NCBI GenBank assembly: GCA_965209055.1
Contig: OZ242374.1
Span: forward strand, 2,752,001-2,816,000
Source of the DNA: Acidobacteriota bacterium
GTDB taxonomy: Bacteria > Acidobacteriota > UBA6911 > RPQK01 > JAJDTT01
Direction of reading: 5' to 3'
DNA: 64,000 bases
The notes under the pieces are model-generated. The model had not been told where the DNA came from, ran no database searches, and saw only the letters and a program-made list of their open reading frames with translations. The translations under genes and the position numbers were made by a program. Below, piece after piece: positions 48,778 through 58,390 of the stretch (position 1 is its first letter; every line of letters starts with the position of its first letter).

Positions 48778-51378
48778 ATGGAGACGAAGAGTCCTGTATT
48801 TGAGAATCTGGTCCGGATCGGCATCTGCGTCGGCATCGCCGCTTCACTGGCCACCGTTGTTCCCGCCCTGCCCCGCGCTCTGCTGCGTCAGGAGTTGGAG
48901 ACGTCGCTCCGGAAGTGGATCGTGCGGGACCGCCAGGGCAACTACCTCCTCTTGTCGCCACAGCATGGTTCCGGAAACCGCGGCGGATTCTCTCTGCGGA
49001 TGTCCCAAGGCTCGTCGCCTGAATCACTGGACGACTTCGGACCGCCTTATGCCCTGCAACCGCCGTTGAAAGAACGCGGTGTCCTCATCAGCGCCGGAAT
49101 CAGTCTGGATCGTCACGATCGCATCCATCTGGTCTGGAGCACCGTGACCGGACTCACCGGAGTTGCCGTCGTGGATTTTCCCGGCGCCGGCGGCACTGAC
49201 TTGGTCTGGCAAAACCCCCAGACCAACTCTCCCGGAGCCCTAATCCTGGCGGACGACTACTCCAGGATCGGGGACATCGCGACGGCAGCGGACGGAAGCG
49301 TCTGGTTCACCTGGACCGAGTCGATAACGGAACGCCAGGCCTCGATCCATCTGGGCCGTGTCCATGACGGCGGTTTGTCGTCTTGGCGCATCGCCCGCGG
49401 CGATGGCCTCTTTCCGGCCAGCCTGTTCCTGGATGAGCAGGAGCGTTTCCATCTGGGCTGGCACGACATTTACGAGGAGTCGTACTACGCTTCGGGGCGG
49501 TTGGCCCAGTTGGACGACCCCGAAGCGGTGACGGTCGTCCGCCTGCCGGGCCGCGCCTTCCAACCGGTCCTGACACGGACTCAAGGACGGACACTGGCCG
49601 TCTACGAGGACACCTATTCCCACCTGAGGACCGTTCTACCCCAAGAGGCGCCGCCGCGGGCCGTGCCCCTGACCGGGTCGCGGCCGCGCTTCGCCTGGCA
49701 CACCTTCCACTCGCCCCAATTCGTCCTGGACCGGTATGGCGTCGCCTGGTTGTTCTTCGTGGACAGCGCCCGCCAGCATGTCTTTCGCACCCGGTGGCTG
49801 GGCGAGGACTGGGGTCCCGTCCACAACACAGCCAAGCTGGTCCGGAACTCGCCCCGCATGGAAGACAACCACCTCTCCATCGAAAGTCTCGCCGTGGAGA
49901 CGGGCATGGGCGAGGGGGAGCCGGGAATCAAGATCCTGGTGACCCATGGGGACCAACAGGTCCTTCGTTCCGTTCCTGTTCCCTCGCTGGAGGCGTCTCC
50001 CGGGAAGAAGGTTCTCTTTCTGGATCTGGCGGAGGTGCAGGCGTTGGAGAATCTCCGCCTGCGGGTGAACCAAGCGCAGAAACACCCCGGGAATCCCGTC
50101 ATCCAGGCCGGCGAGGAGGGCGATCCGGATGTCCACGGAGCCGGGAACTTCCTGCGAGTACTGAAGGAAGATGGCGTCTATCGCATGTGGTATTCCACCA
50201 TGCGGCGGGATCGCAGCATTCCCTGGTGGGAGTGGTATGGAGCGGGCTACGCGGAGAGCACGGACGGTTACCGCTTCCGGAAAAAGGAACTCGTCCGGAA
50301 CACCCCCTATGTCCCCATGGTTCTCAAGGACGCGAACGCCCGGAATCCCAACCGCCGGTACAAGCTCCTCAATTTCCCGACCCACGGCAGCCGGGCCCAG
50401 GCCGCACGGGCCGGCCGCTACAATCCGTGGCAGGAGACCAACGCCGGAACATTGTCGACCTCGCGGGACGGGATCGAATGGGTTCCCGAACCGGCCATCA
50501 TGTTTTTCCCCGGGGGGCGGCCTTTTTCCGTCATACCCCAGTCGGTCCTCTACGATCCGGAGGAGAAAGATCCCGACAAACGATACAAGGCATACGGATT
50601 CTCGTCTCTGAACCTGGCCCGCCGAGGCGGCGGCTACGCCTACAGTTCGGACGCCTACCACTGGACCGCCCATCCCGACAACCCCATGCTCGATCCATTC
50701 GCCCGGGCGATTCCCGTGGTGAGGGGGGGCAAGGTCGAGCAGATTCACGACTGGGTGGTCTGGAAGGACGGAGACTACTACCTCTCCCTCTACCAGTATC
50801 AGCACAACGGACGGGAGCTGGACCTGGAGCTGGCAATCAGCCGCGATGGCGAGAACTTCGTCTTCGTGGATCCGGGACGGAAGGTGGTCCCTTCGGGTGC
50901 GGCCGGGGAATGGGACTGCGACCATATCGCCCCCTCTCTGCCTTTGGTGGACGACCGGGAGATCAGGGTCTACTACGGAGCGATCTGCGGCGAGGGAACG
51001 GGCGGGGAGAGGCGCTCGGGCGGAGTCGCGGTTTTGAGGCTCGACGGGTATACCCGCTTGGAGCTGAAAGAACCGGGAAGGGACGCCACGTTGACCACCA
51101 TCCCGGTGAGTCCGGCCGGGGCATCCCAGCTTCATGTCAATGCGGATTGCGGAGACGGAGGCACTCTTCTGGCCGAGTTGCTGGATCCCGAGAGTGGCAG
51201 GCCGCTAACCGGGTTCCACCGGTCCGACAGCGTCCCATTTCGGGGCAATACCGTGTCCCACCGGATGAGCTGGACGGGGGGCAGGAGTCTTTCCGACGTG
51301 GATCGCACGTTTCAGGTGCGCTTTCATCTCGTCGGGTCCGAGGGATATCCACACCTCTACTCCTTCAGCTTCAAGTAG
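48778..51378 (+). CDS. Large secreted beta-propeller glycoside-hydrolase-like protein
   Basis: KHPGNPVI, YRMWY, YAESTDG, SRDGIEW, SRDGENF, EIRVYYG, LRLDGY; C-terminal LHVNAD domain. Confidence 0.6.
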   Translation: METKSPVFENLVRIGICVGIAASLATVVPALPRALLRQELETSLRKWIVRDRQGNYLLLSPQHGSGNRGGFSLRMSQGSSPESLDDFGPPYALQPPLKERGVLISAGISLDRHDRIHLVWSTVTGLTGVAVVDFPGAGGTDLVWQNPQTNSPGALILADDYSRIGDIATAADGSVWFTWTESITERQASIHLGRVHDGGLSSWRIARGDGLFPASLFLDEQERFHLGWHDIYEESYYASGRLAQLDDPEAVTVVRLPGRAFQPVLTRTQGRTLAVYEDTYSHLRTVLPQEAPPRAVPLTGSRPRFAWHTFHSPQFVLDRYGVAWLFFVDSARQHVFRTRWLGEDWGPVHNTAKLVRNSPRMEDNHLSIESLAVETGMGEGEPGIKILVTHGDQQVLRSVPVPSLEASPGKKVLFLDLAEVQALENLRLRVNQAQKHPGNPVIQAGEEGDPDVHGAGNFLRVLKEDGVYRMWYSTMRRDRSIPWWEWYGAGYAESTDGYRFRKKELVRNTPYVPMVLKDANARNPNRRYKLLNFPTHGSRAQAARAGRYNPWQETNAGTLSTSRDGIEWVPEPAIMFFPGGRPFSVIPQSVLYDPEEKDPDKRYKAYGFSSLNLARRGGGYAYSSDAYHWTAHPDNPMLDPFARAIPVVRGGKVEQIHDWVVWKDGDYYLSLYQYQHNGRELDLELAISRDGENFVFVDPGRKVVPSGAAGEWDCDHIAPSLPLVDDREIRVYYGAICGEGTGGERRSGGVAVLRLDGYTRLELKEPGRDATLTTIPVSPAGASQLHVNADCGDGGTLLAELLDPESGRPLTGFHRSDSVPFRGNTVSHRMSWTGGRSLSDVDRTFQVRFHLVGSEGYPHLYSFSFK

Positions 51379-51442
51379 ATTTCCCCGAATCCGGCTTCCC
51401 GATCCCGTCCCTCCAAAGATTGGGGTTGGTATCCTTGCCCGC

Positions 51443-52477
51443 ATGATTTCCACTCCGTCCGCGGAAACGATCCTCCGAGACTCGATCGTCGTCGACGCCC
51501 ACGGCCATATGTTGGATATGGCCGCCAATTCGCGCCGGCGACTGCATGAGTCTCTCGGTGGGCTCACCGACGTGCCGCTGATGCGCGCCGGCGGCGTCAC
51601 CGCCCAGGTGACCGCCTGCTGGATGCCCGATGTCCGGATCGGCGGACCCCACGGCAGCCGGCAGCCCTTTCGGGACCTCATGAGGATGGTGGATTACGTG
51701 CATCGGGAGTTGGATGGTGAAGCGGGGGATCACGTGGTTCTGGCACGGACCGCCGGAGACATCGAGGGGGCGGCGGCGCAGTCGAAGGCCGCCCTGGTGT
51801 TGGGACTCGAGGGGGGCGACGCGCTCCGGGGCGATTTGGGACGGCTCCGGGAGCTTTACGAGGCCGGTCTGCGCCATGTCTGCCTCGTCCATGAGGGACG
51901 GAACGCGATGGGCACGGCGACGCAGGTCTGGAAGGATTCGACCATGCGGGTCTACGAGCCCGGGATCGATCCTCCGGGGGGGCTGAGTGACGCCGGCAGG
52001 CGGATCGTGCGTGAGATGAACCGGCTGGGCATGCTGGTGGACGTTACTCACATGGTGGAGGAGAGCTTCTGGGAGACGCTGGAGGTTTCGTCCGCGCCGG
52101 TAGTTGCTTCCCACGGGAATGCTCGTTCACTGCGGGATACCGTGAGGTACCTGACGGACGAGCAGATCGGGGCGGTGGCGGAAACCGGGGGGATGGTCTG
52201 TCCCAGTCCGTTTCCACTTGGGCCCACGCGGGAGCGGCCGAGTTTGGAGATGATGCTCCGGCATGTCGATCACGTGGTCGGTCTGGTTGGGCCGGACCAT
52301 GTTGGTTTCGGGACCGACTTTTTGGACCAGACGGGCGCGCGGCCTGCCGGGTTCGGGGATGTTGGTGAGACTCCGCGGGTTGTGGAGGGGCTGCTGGGGT
52401 TGGGATACGGAGCTACGGAGATTGGAAAGATTATGGGTGGGAATTTTTTGCGGGTGTTTGGGCAGGTGGCGGGGTAG
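51443..52477 (+). CDS. Membrane dipeptidase (peptidase M19, renal dipeptidase family)
   Basis: VDAHGH, LGLEGG, EMNRLGMLVDVTH, VASHGN, DHVGFGTDF, IMGGNFLRV. Confidence 0.9.
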   Translation: MISTPSAETILRDSIVVDAHGHMLDMAANSRRRLHESLGGLTDVPLMRAGGVTAQVTACWMPDVRIGGPHGSRQPFRDLMRMVDYVHRELDGEAGDHVVLARTAGDIEGAAAQSKAALVLGLEGGDALRGDLGRLRELYEAGLRHVCLVHEGRNAMGTATQVWKDSTMRVYEPGIDPPGGLSDAGRRIVREMNRLGMLVDVTHMVEESFWETLEVSSAPVVASHGNARSLRDTVRYLTDEQIGAVAETGGMVCPSPFPLGPTRERPSLEMMLRHVDHVVGLVGPDHVGFGTDFLDQTGARPAGFGDVGETPRVVEGLLGLGYGATEIGKIMGGNFLRVFGQVAG

Positions 52478-52535
52478 GGGACTGTAGAGCCGGACTCTGT
52501 CCCAGTGATTTGCGGCGACAAAAAAGTCGCCGTTC

Positions 52536-53105
52536 CTACCGTGCCGAGAGAGTTATGTAGAGTTCACCGAATATTGGTATGGCCAAGAGTAGGATCAGAA
52601 GCCAGATCACGCGCAACATCACGACACGCTGATCGTCGATTCGGGTCGTATTCGCTGCGATTCGGGCAGCCTGAACGTCAATCGCGGCTCTTGTTTTTGC
52701 CGCCTGAGCCTCCATTCGGGCGCCCAGCTCCTCCGTCCTGACGTCGATCTTGGTATGGAGTTCCGCGCTCTGTTTGTCGATCTTGGTTTCCAGGGCCGTG
52801 GCCTGAGCGTCCATTCGGGCGCCAAGCTGCTCTGTCCTGACGTCGATCTTCGCATGGAGTTCTGCGCCCTGTTTGTCGATCTTGGCTTCCAGGACCGTGG
52901 CCTGAACGTCCATTCGGGTGCAAAGTTCCTTGGTCTTGGCGTCCATCTTGGCGCCGATGATGGAGATCACGTTCTGGCCGGCCCGATTTCGCACTTCGTC
53001 GTCGGCTCGGTAGGCCACTTCAGGTTCGACGCCCGCGCTCCGCAGGGCTTGGAACAGTGTTCCGCCCGATTCGGTCTTGGGGGAAGTCTCAGGGGATGTC
53101 ACCAT
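52536..53105 (-). CDS. Coiled-coil repeat protein with C-terminal TM anchor (Bdr/DUF1640-like)
   Basis: LFQALRSAGV N-terminus; 11-aa periodic repeats with a 33-aa duplication (KIDKQ.AELH.KIDVRTE.LGARM.AQA); hydrophobic C-terminus. Confidence 0.6.
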   Translation of the reverse strand: MVTSPETSPKTESGGTLFQALRSAGVEPEVAYRADDEVRNRAGQNVISIIGAKMDAKTKELCTRMDVQATVLEAKIDKQGAELHAKIDVRTEQLGARMDAQATALETKIDKQSAELHTKIDVRTEELGARMEAQAAKTRAAIDVQAARIAANTTRIDDQRVVMLRVIWLLILLLAIPIFGELYITLSAR

Positions 53106-53559
53106 TGCTTTTGTCCAGTCTAGCAGGCGTTCAAATCAAACCTGACCGCTGGCACGAAAGATCCTCCGCTGTTGGCGGAAGGCCATTTGCAACAAAGCAA
53201 TACTCGTTCCAGAAGAGATACCCATTCCAGACAGCGCTATTCCAGTGGCTTCGGGGCTTTCGACACGGGCGTCGAAGCAGTTTGTCGCGTCAATTGCGGG
53301 AAAGACGTCACGCTGCGGTGGAAAAAAACGAGGAACTGGGAGTGGGAGTTGGCACCTTGGGATGGGTCTCGGCAGACTGGGTTATTGGGGCGGCGGGTGA
53401 CGGGGCAGGGGGCTGTAGAGGGGGGACTGCTGTCCCCCTAACCCCCCTATTGGCGACAGGAAAGCCGCCGCTCAATCGAAATTCTGCCATGGGGGTGGTA
53501 CTCTCCGAATCACGTTTGGATACCCGGTTTCAGTGGGAGAGAGGCATAAGGAGCGAACC

Positions 53560-54690
53560 ATGAATCTGAGGAGACTGTTGTTGGCTGTTTGCGTTTGCGG
53601 ATTGGCGGCGGGCGTCGCCTTGGCCCAGGACTACGAGTCCATCGAGGGGGCCGTCGTCTATGACTACGATCCGGCTACGAAACTGGGGGGTGACGTGTTC
53701 GGGACCGTCACTTCCAACCTGGAGCGCGACTTTCCCGGCCGGAACTCTCACGGCGGACCGGTCTGCATGCAGTATCCCGACGGCCGCATCGTGGCCTTCA
53801 ACACCAACACCAGCGACCATAACCTGGATGGCTGGAGCGAGCATGCCGAGAGCCGCGACGGGGGCCAGACCTGGAAGATGTACAACCGGTTTCCCTATTC
53901 GTTCGAGGCCTACTCGAGAGACCCAAAGCGGCCGGCCTGGATCGAAGCGGGCCTGGTGACTTCCAGGGGAACCGTGGTCGTCTTCGTGACCCATTTCCTC
54001 ACGGGCGGCAGCCGGACCATGAGCGGCTTCATGAGGAGTTATGACCAGGGCGCCACCTGGACCGCATACGAGTCGGTCGACGGAGTCCACATCGGCTACC
54101 CCGTTGGCACGGCGGTGGACGGCGACACCAACTACATCATCTACGATACCGATGCCGGTTCCGATGGCCGGCGCCCCCATGTGCTGTATGTCAGCACCGA
54201 CGACGGGCGGTCCTGGCAGAAGCGGAGCACACTGCCGCTGCAGGACGACGTCTGGTATGGGGCCATTACCTTGATGCCGGATGGCGGATTGCTGGCCGGC
54301 GCCTACCACTCGGAGGACGAGTACCACTTCTACTACTGCATCAGCAAGGACCAGGGCCGCACCTGGACCGAGGAGAGGAAGGCAAAGGTCGACCAGAAGG
54401 TTCGGGACCCGGAGCTGGGCCAAATCGGAGGCCGGTACTATCTCCATGGGAGGTCCGGAAGCTACGGAGAGGGTGCGGACCGCTTCGTTCTCTACGAGTC
54501 CCCCGACGGGGAGAACTGGGGCAGCGCCATCGTGGTCAGCAAACAGACCGGCCGGGGGGACGGTTACAGTTCCAACTGCCTGATTGACACCGACGACGAC
54601 GGGAAGCCCGACGAGCTGATGGTCCTTTTCAGCATCCAGTACAAGGGAGTCGACACCAACGAGCATGTCTTCTTCATCAGGCCCCAGTAA
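53560..54690 (+). CDS. Secreted BNR/Asp-box sialidase-family protein
   Basis: AAGGAG RBS, signal peptide, Asp boxes SRDGGQTW, SYDQGATW, STDDGRSW, SKDQGRTW. Confidence 0.82.
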   Translation: MNLRRLLLAVCVCGLAAGVALAQDYESIEGAVVYDYDPATKLGGDVFGTVTSNLERDFPGRNSHGGPVCMQYPDGRIVAFNTNTSDHNLDGWSEHAESRDGGQTWKMYNRFPYSFEAYSRDPKRPAWIEAGLVTSRGTVVVFVTHFLTGGSRTMSGFMRSYDQGATWTAYESVDGVHIGYPVGTAVDGDTNYIIYDTDAGSDGRRPHVLYVSTDDGRSWQKRSTLPLQDDVWYGAITLMPDGGLLAGAYHSEDEYHFYYCISKDQGRTWTEERKAKVDQKVRDPELGQIGGRYYLHGRSGSYGEGADRFVLYESPDGENWGSAIVVSKQTGRGDGYSSNCLIDTDDDGKPDELMVLFSIQYKGVDTNEHVFFIRPQ

Positions 54691-54812
54691 TAAAGGAGGG
54701 GCGATTTCAAATCGCCCGGTCTTCGGTGCCAAATTTGTCACACTGGAGTTCGGCGGTTAGGAAACCGTCGCTCCTTTCCTTTGCCATTGGTAAGAGTCAA
54801 AGAGAGCGATCC

Positions 54813-55934
54813 ATGAACCTGAGGAAACCGTTGTTGGTCGTATGCGTCTTCGGGTTGGCCGCGGGCGCGGCGTTCCCGCAGGACTACGAGTCCATCGACG
54901 GGGCCGTCATCTACGACTACGACCCGTCGACGAAGCTGGGGGACGGCGTTTACGGAACCATCGTTTCCTATCTGGAGCGGGACTTTCCCGGCAGGAATTC
55001 CCACGGCGGACCGGTCTGCATGCAGTATCCCGACGGGCGCCTCGTGACCTTCAACACCAACACCAGCGATCACAACCTGGATGGCTGGAGCGAGCATGCC
55101 GAGAGCCGCGACGGCGGCAGGACCTGGGACATGTACCACCGGTTCCCCTATTCGTTTGAGGCCTACGTGAGAAATCCCAAGCGGCCGGCCTGGATCGAAG
55201 CGGGTTTGGTGACTTCCAAAGGAACCGCAGTCGTCTTCATGAGCCATTTCATCACGGGCGGCACCCGGACCATGAGCGGTTTTCTGAGGAGCTACGACCA
55301 GGGGGCCAGTTGGACCCACTACGAGTCCATTGACGGGGTCTACGCCGGCTATCCCGTGGGCACGGCAGTGGACGGCGACACCAACTACGTCATCTACGAC
55401 TCCGATGGCGGAGGTCCGCATGTCCTGTACGTCAGCACCGACGACGGGCGATCCTGGCGGAAACGGAGCACCCTGCCGCTGCAGGACGACGTCTCGTACG
55501 GGGCGGTGACCTTGATGGTGGACGGCGGGTTGCTGGCCGGCGCCTACCAATTGAAGGACGAGTACCACTTCTACTACTGCATCAGCAAGGACCAGGGGCG
55601 TACCTGGACCGGGCAGAGGAAAGCCCGCGTAGACCAGAAGGTTCGGGACCCGGAGCTGGGCCAAATCGGAGGCCGATACTATCTTCATGGGAGGTCCGGC
55701 AGCTACGGGGAAGGCGCGAACCGCTTCGTTCTCTACGAGTCCTCCGACGGGGAGAACTGGGGCAGCGCCATCGTCGTCAACAGCAATACCGGCCGGGGGG
55801 ACGGATACAGCGCGAACTGCCTGATCCATACCGACGAAGACGGTGCGCCCGACGAGCTGATGGTCGTCTACAGCATCAACTACAAGGGGAAGGACACCAA
55901 CGAATACGTCTTCTTCATCAGGCCCGGCAAATGA
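54813..55934 (+). CDS. Secreted BNR/Asp-box sialidase-family protein (tandem paralogue)
   Basis: Colinear and highly similar to 53560-54690. Confidence 0.82.
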   Translation: MNLRKPLLVVCVFGLAAGAAFPQDYESIDGAVIYDYDPSTKLGDGVYGTIVSYLERDFPGRNSHGGPVCMQYPDGRLVTFNTNTSDHNLDGWSEHAESRDGGRTWDMYHRFPYSFEAYVRNPKRPAWIEAGLVTSKGTAVVFMSHFITGGTRTMSGFLRSYDQGASWTHYESIDGVYAGYPVGTAVDGDTNYVIYDSDGGGPHVLYVSTDDGRSWRKRSTLPLQDDVSYGAVTLMVDGGLLAGAYQLKDEYHFYYCISKDQGRTWTGQRKARVDQKVRDPELGQIGGRYYLHGRSGSYGEGANRFVLYESSDGENWGSAIVVNSNTGRGDGYSANCLIHTDEDGAPDELMVVYSINYKGKDTNEYVFFIRPGK

Positions 55935-56028
55935 GGGAAGAGGAGCCGGCGGGAGGCTCCTGACCACCATGGGCAACGGCCGGTTCGAATCCGATCCAGT
56001 CCAGAAGGCCACAGCGAACGCTCCGCCG

Positions 56029-58272
56029 ATGTCCCGTTTCCGGACTCGTGGACTGATTCCGGTTTTTCTTCTTTTCCTCCTGGTTCCAGCTTCACTGCCG
56101 CTGTCGGCTCAGGAATCTTTCCTGGGCGACTTGACCGGCCCCTGGCAACTCCTGGTGGACGACCACCTGATCGAGGAGAAGCGGGGGGTCGTCCGGACCT
56201 GGCATCCCCTGGAAAAGCATCCGGCCAATCCCGTCCTGGGCATGACAGGTTCCTGGGGCGAGCGGCGCACCACCCCCTACGGCACCGTCCTGCCGGGTGA
56301 GGGCGGCAGCGGTTACCGCATCTGGTATGACATCTGGGACGGGGACTGCCACAACTTCTACGCCACCAGCCGGGATGGCCTCCGCTGGATCCGGCCGCGC
56401 CTGGGCCTGGTCGAGCACCGGGGTTCCCGGGACAACAACCTCTTCTTTCACCGGACCCGGTTGGACCATATGCCCCAGATCATCCATACGCCCTGGGAAG
56501 AGGACGCCGCTCGACGGTACAAGATGGTCAATTTCGACTTCCGCGCCGACGTTCCCGGGCGCGCCGTCCGGGGCTACTGGGGGGCCACTTCTCCGGATGG
56601 CGTCCGTTGGACCGAGACTCCCAGGAATCCGGTCCTCCCTGATCCCGGAGATGTGGGGCACTTTCTCTGGGATCCCAACCGCCGGGCCTATGTGGGATAC
56701 ACGAAGCTCTACGCTCCGGTGCGAGGTTACCGGCGCCGTTCGGTGGCCATCAGCACCACGACTCGTTTCCAGCACTGGCCTCCGGCCGAGTTGATCCTGG
56801 TCGCGGACGAGTTCGATGACCGCTGGGTGACCGGGAGCGGGCAACACACCGACTTCTACGGCCTGTCGGCCTTTCCCTATCAGAGCCTGTACCTGGGGTT
56901 CCTCTGGATCTTTCGGATCGTGGACGGGAAAAACGACGGCCCCATCTTCTGTGAGCTGGTGAGCAGCCGGGACGGGGTCACCTGGGACCGCCAGGAGGGA
57001 GAGAGAACCCCGATTCTGGCGAACGGCCCGCCAGGCGCGTGGGACAGCGGTCAACTCCAGACCTTCAACCATCCGCAGATGGCCGGCGAGACGCTGCGCG
57101 TCTACTACGGGGCCTTCGACGCCACCCATGGGTTCCAGCGAGGGGATGGCGCCATCGGCTTGGCCACCTTGCGCAAGGACGGCTTCGTCTCGCTGGACGC
57201 CGGGTCCGAGGGCGGGGCGGTCACCACCCGCCTCCTGCTCGGCCTGGAGGGGGAGCTGCGGCTCAACGCAAACGCCGGCGGAGGAGAAATCCGGGTGGAG
57301 GTGCTGGACGGGGAGGGCCGGGTCCTGCCCGGTTATGCAAGGGAAGAGTGCCGGCCCATGACCGAAGACAGCGTGGACTTCGCTGTCAGGTGGAAGGCGC
57401 GGGACGAACTGCCCTATACGTCCGAACCCCGGCGGCTTCGTTTTTTCCTGACGCGCTCTTCGCTCTTCTCGTTCCGGGCCGGCGATTCGGTTCAGGTCGC
57501 CGGCCCGCCTGCGCCGCTGGAGGCTTTCTATACGTTCGAGTCGTCCCGCGGCGACGGATTCGACGACGTTGCGGCGGCGGATGGAGTCCAACCGGGACGC
57601 CGGCACGGCACCCTCTCCATCGTCCGGGATCCCGGGGCGGGAGCCGGAGGGTCGTCTACGCTGCTGTTTCCCGAGCCGGGACCGGGCGCGAACCGGCTCG
57701 AGGTGCCGGGCACCTTGCATCTCGGCCACCACTTTACGCTGGCGGCCCGGGTCAAGACGCAGAGTCGGAATCGGATGCGCCTCTTCAGCACCCAACGGGG
57801 CAGCGGCGCCGCAGCATTGGGGGAGCTGATCTTCGACTTCAGTCCCGGAACCGGGGTTCTGCGCCTGGTCGTCAACGGACAGGAGATCTCCTCCCAACCC
57901 GCTTCGTGGGCGGCCGGGATGTATCATCACCTGGTGGCCACCTATGATCGGGGCCGGGTCCATCTCTACCTGGATGGACGGATCGCGGGATCGGGCCAGA
58001 TCCTTTCCGGGGCCGCCCGCCTCGGCCGGGACGACACGGTCGTCGAGATGTTCGGTCCTCCGGATGCCGCGCCGCTGGCCGGCGTCCATTTGGCGGACAA
58101 TTTGCACCTGGGAGCAGACCAGGGCGGGACTTTCATCGGTCACGGGTGGCAGAGCGCGAGTTCGAATCGGCACCAGCTCACGGGCTGGGTGGACGATGTG
58201 CTGGTGGTGAAGAGAGTCTTGGACGCTGAGGAAATCCGGGACTTGAGCCGGCGCCCGCCGTTCGGGGATTGA
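56029..58272 (+). CDS. Secreted beta-propeller GH-like protein with C-terminal LamG/concanavalin-like domain
   Basis: Signal peptide; KHPANPVL, SRDGLRW, SRDGVTW, LRKDGF; YHHLVATYDRGRVHLYLDG...GWVDDV. Confidence 0.7.
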   Translation: MSRFRTRGLIPVFLLFLLVPASLPLSAQESFLGDLTGPWQLLVDDHLIEEKRGVVRTWHPLEKHPANPVLGMTGSWGERRTTPYGTVLPGEGGSGYRIWYDIWDGDCHNFYATSRDGLRWIRPRLGLVEHRGSRDNNLFFHRTRLDHMPQIIHTPWEEDAARRYKMVNFDFRADVPGRAVRGYWGATSPDGVRWTETPRNPVLPDPGDVGHFLWDPNRRAYVGYTKLYAPVRGYRRRSVAISTTTRFQHWPPAELILVADEFDDRWVTGSGQHTDFYGLSAFPYQSLYLGFLWIFRIVDGKNDGPIFCELVSSRDGVTWDRQEGERTPILANGPPGAWDSGQLQTFNHPQMAGETLRVYYGAFDATHGFQRGDGAIGLATLRKDGFVSLDAGSEGGAVTTRLLLGLEGELRLNANAGGGEIRVEVLDGEGRVLPGYAREECRPMTEDSVDFAVRWKARDELPYTSEPRRLRFFLTRSSLFSFRAGDSVQVAGPPAPLEAFYTFESSRGDGFDDVAAADGVQPGRRHGTLSIVRDPGAGAGGSSTLLFPEPGPGANRLEVPGTLHLGHHFTLAARVKTQSRNRMRLFSTQRGSGAAALGELIFDFSPGTGVLRLVVNGQEISSQPASWAAGMYHHLVATYDRGRVHLYLDGRIAGSGQILSGAARLGRDDTVVEMFGPPDAAPLAGVHLADNLHLGADQGGTFIGHGWQSASSNRHQLTGWVDDVLVVKRVLDAEEIRDLSRRPPFGD

Positions 58273-58390
58273 GGCCGGCTGCACGCGCGGAGAAAAGAAG
58301 AAGTGGGGGTAGGAAATCCGTCGCTCGGTCCAAATGATCTACGATCTAGATCCTTAATTATCAACCGGTTATCCCAAATATCCCCTCCAT

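Larger units (their letters stand above)
3708..54774. repeat. GGAG/GGAA-headed REP-like stem-loops in intergenic regions
   Basis: Copies near 3708, 5247, 13256, 15642, 15668, 15695, 15749, 17898, 20531, 20899, 52513(-), 54695, 54751(-); e.g. GGAGCGGCGGTTACCAACCGCCG, GGAGCGGGGACATTCTTGTCCCCG. Confidence 0.7.

Noticed and set aside
55981-55995. GGTTCGAATCC resembling a tRNA T-arm
   Set aside because: No acceptor, D or anticodon stems around it.
56092-58284. Long antisense ORFs (730 aa here; also 9875-11305, 14307-15605, 49636-51135, 53530-54741)
   Set aside because: Mirror frames of well-supported high-GC genes, with no recognisable motifs.
58273-58390. tRNA/tmRNA integration target beside the integrase (also checked 5250-5460)
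   Set aside because: No cloverleaf or T-loop GTTCGAATC...CCA pattern found by eye.
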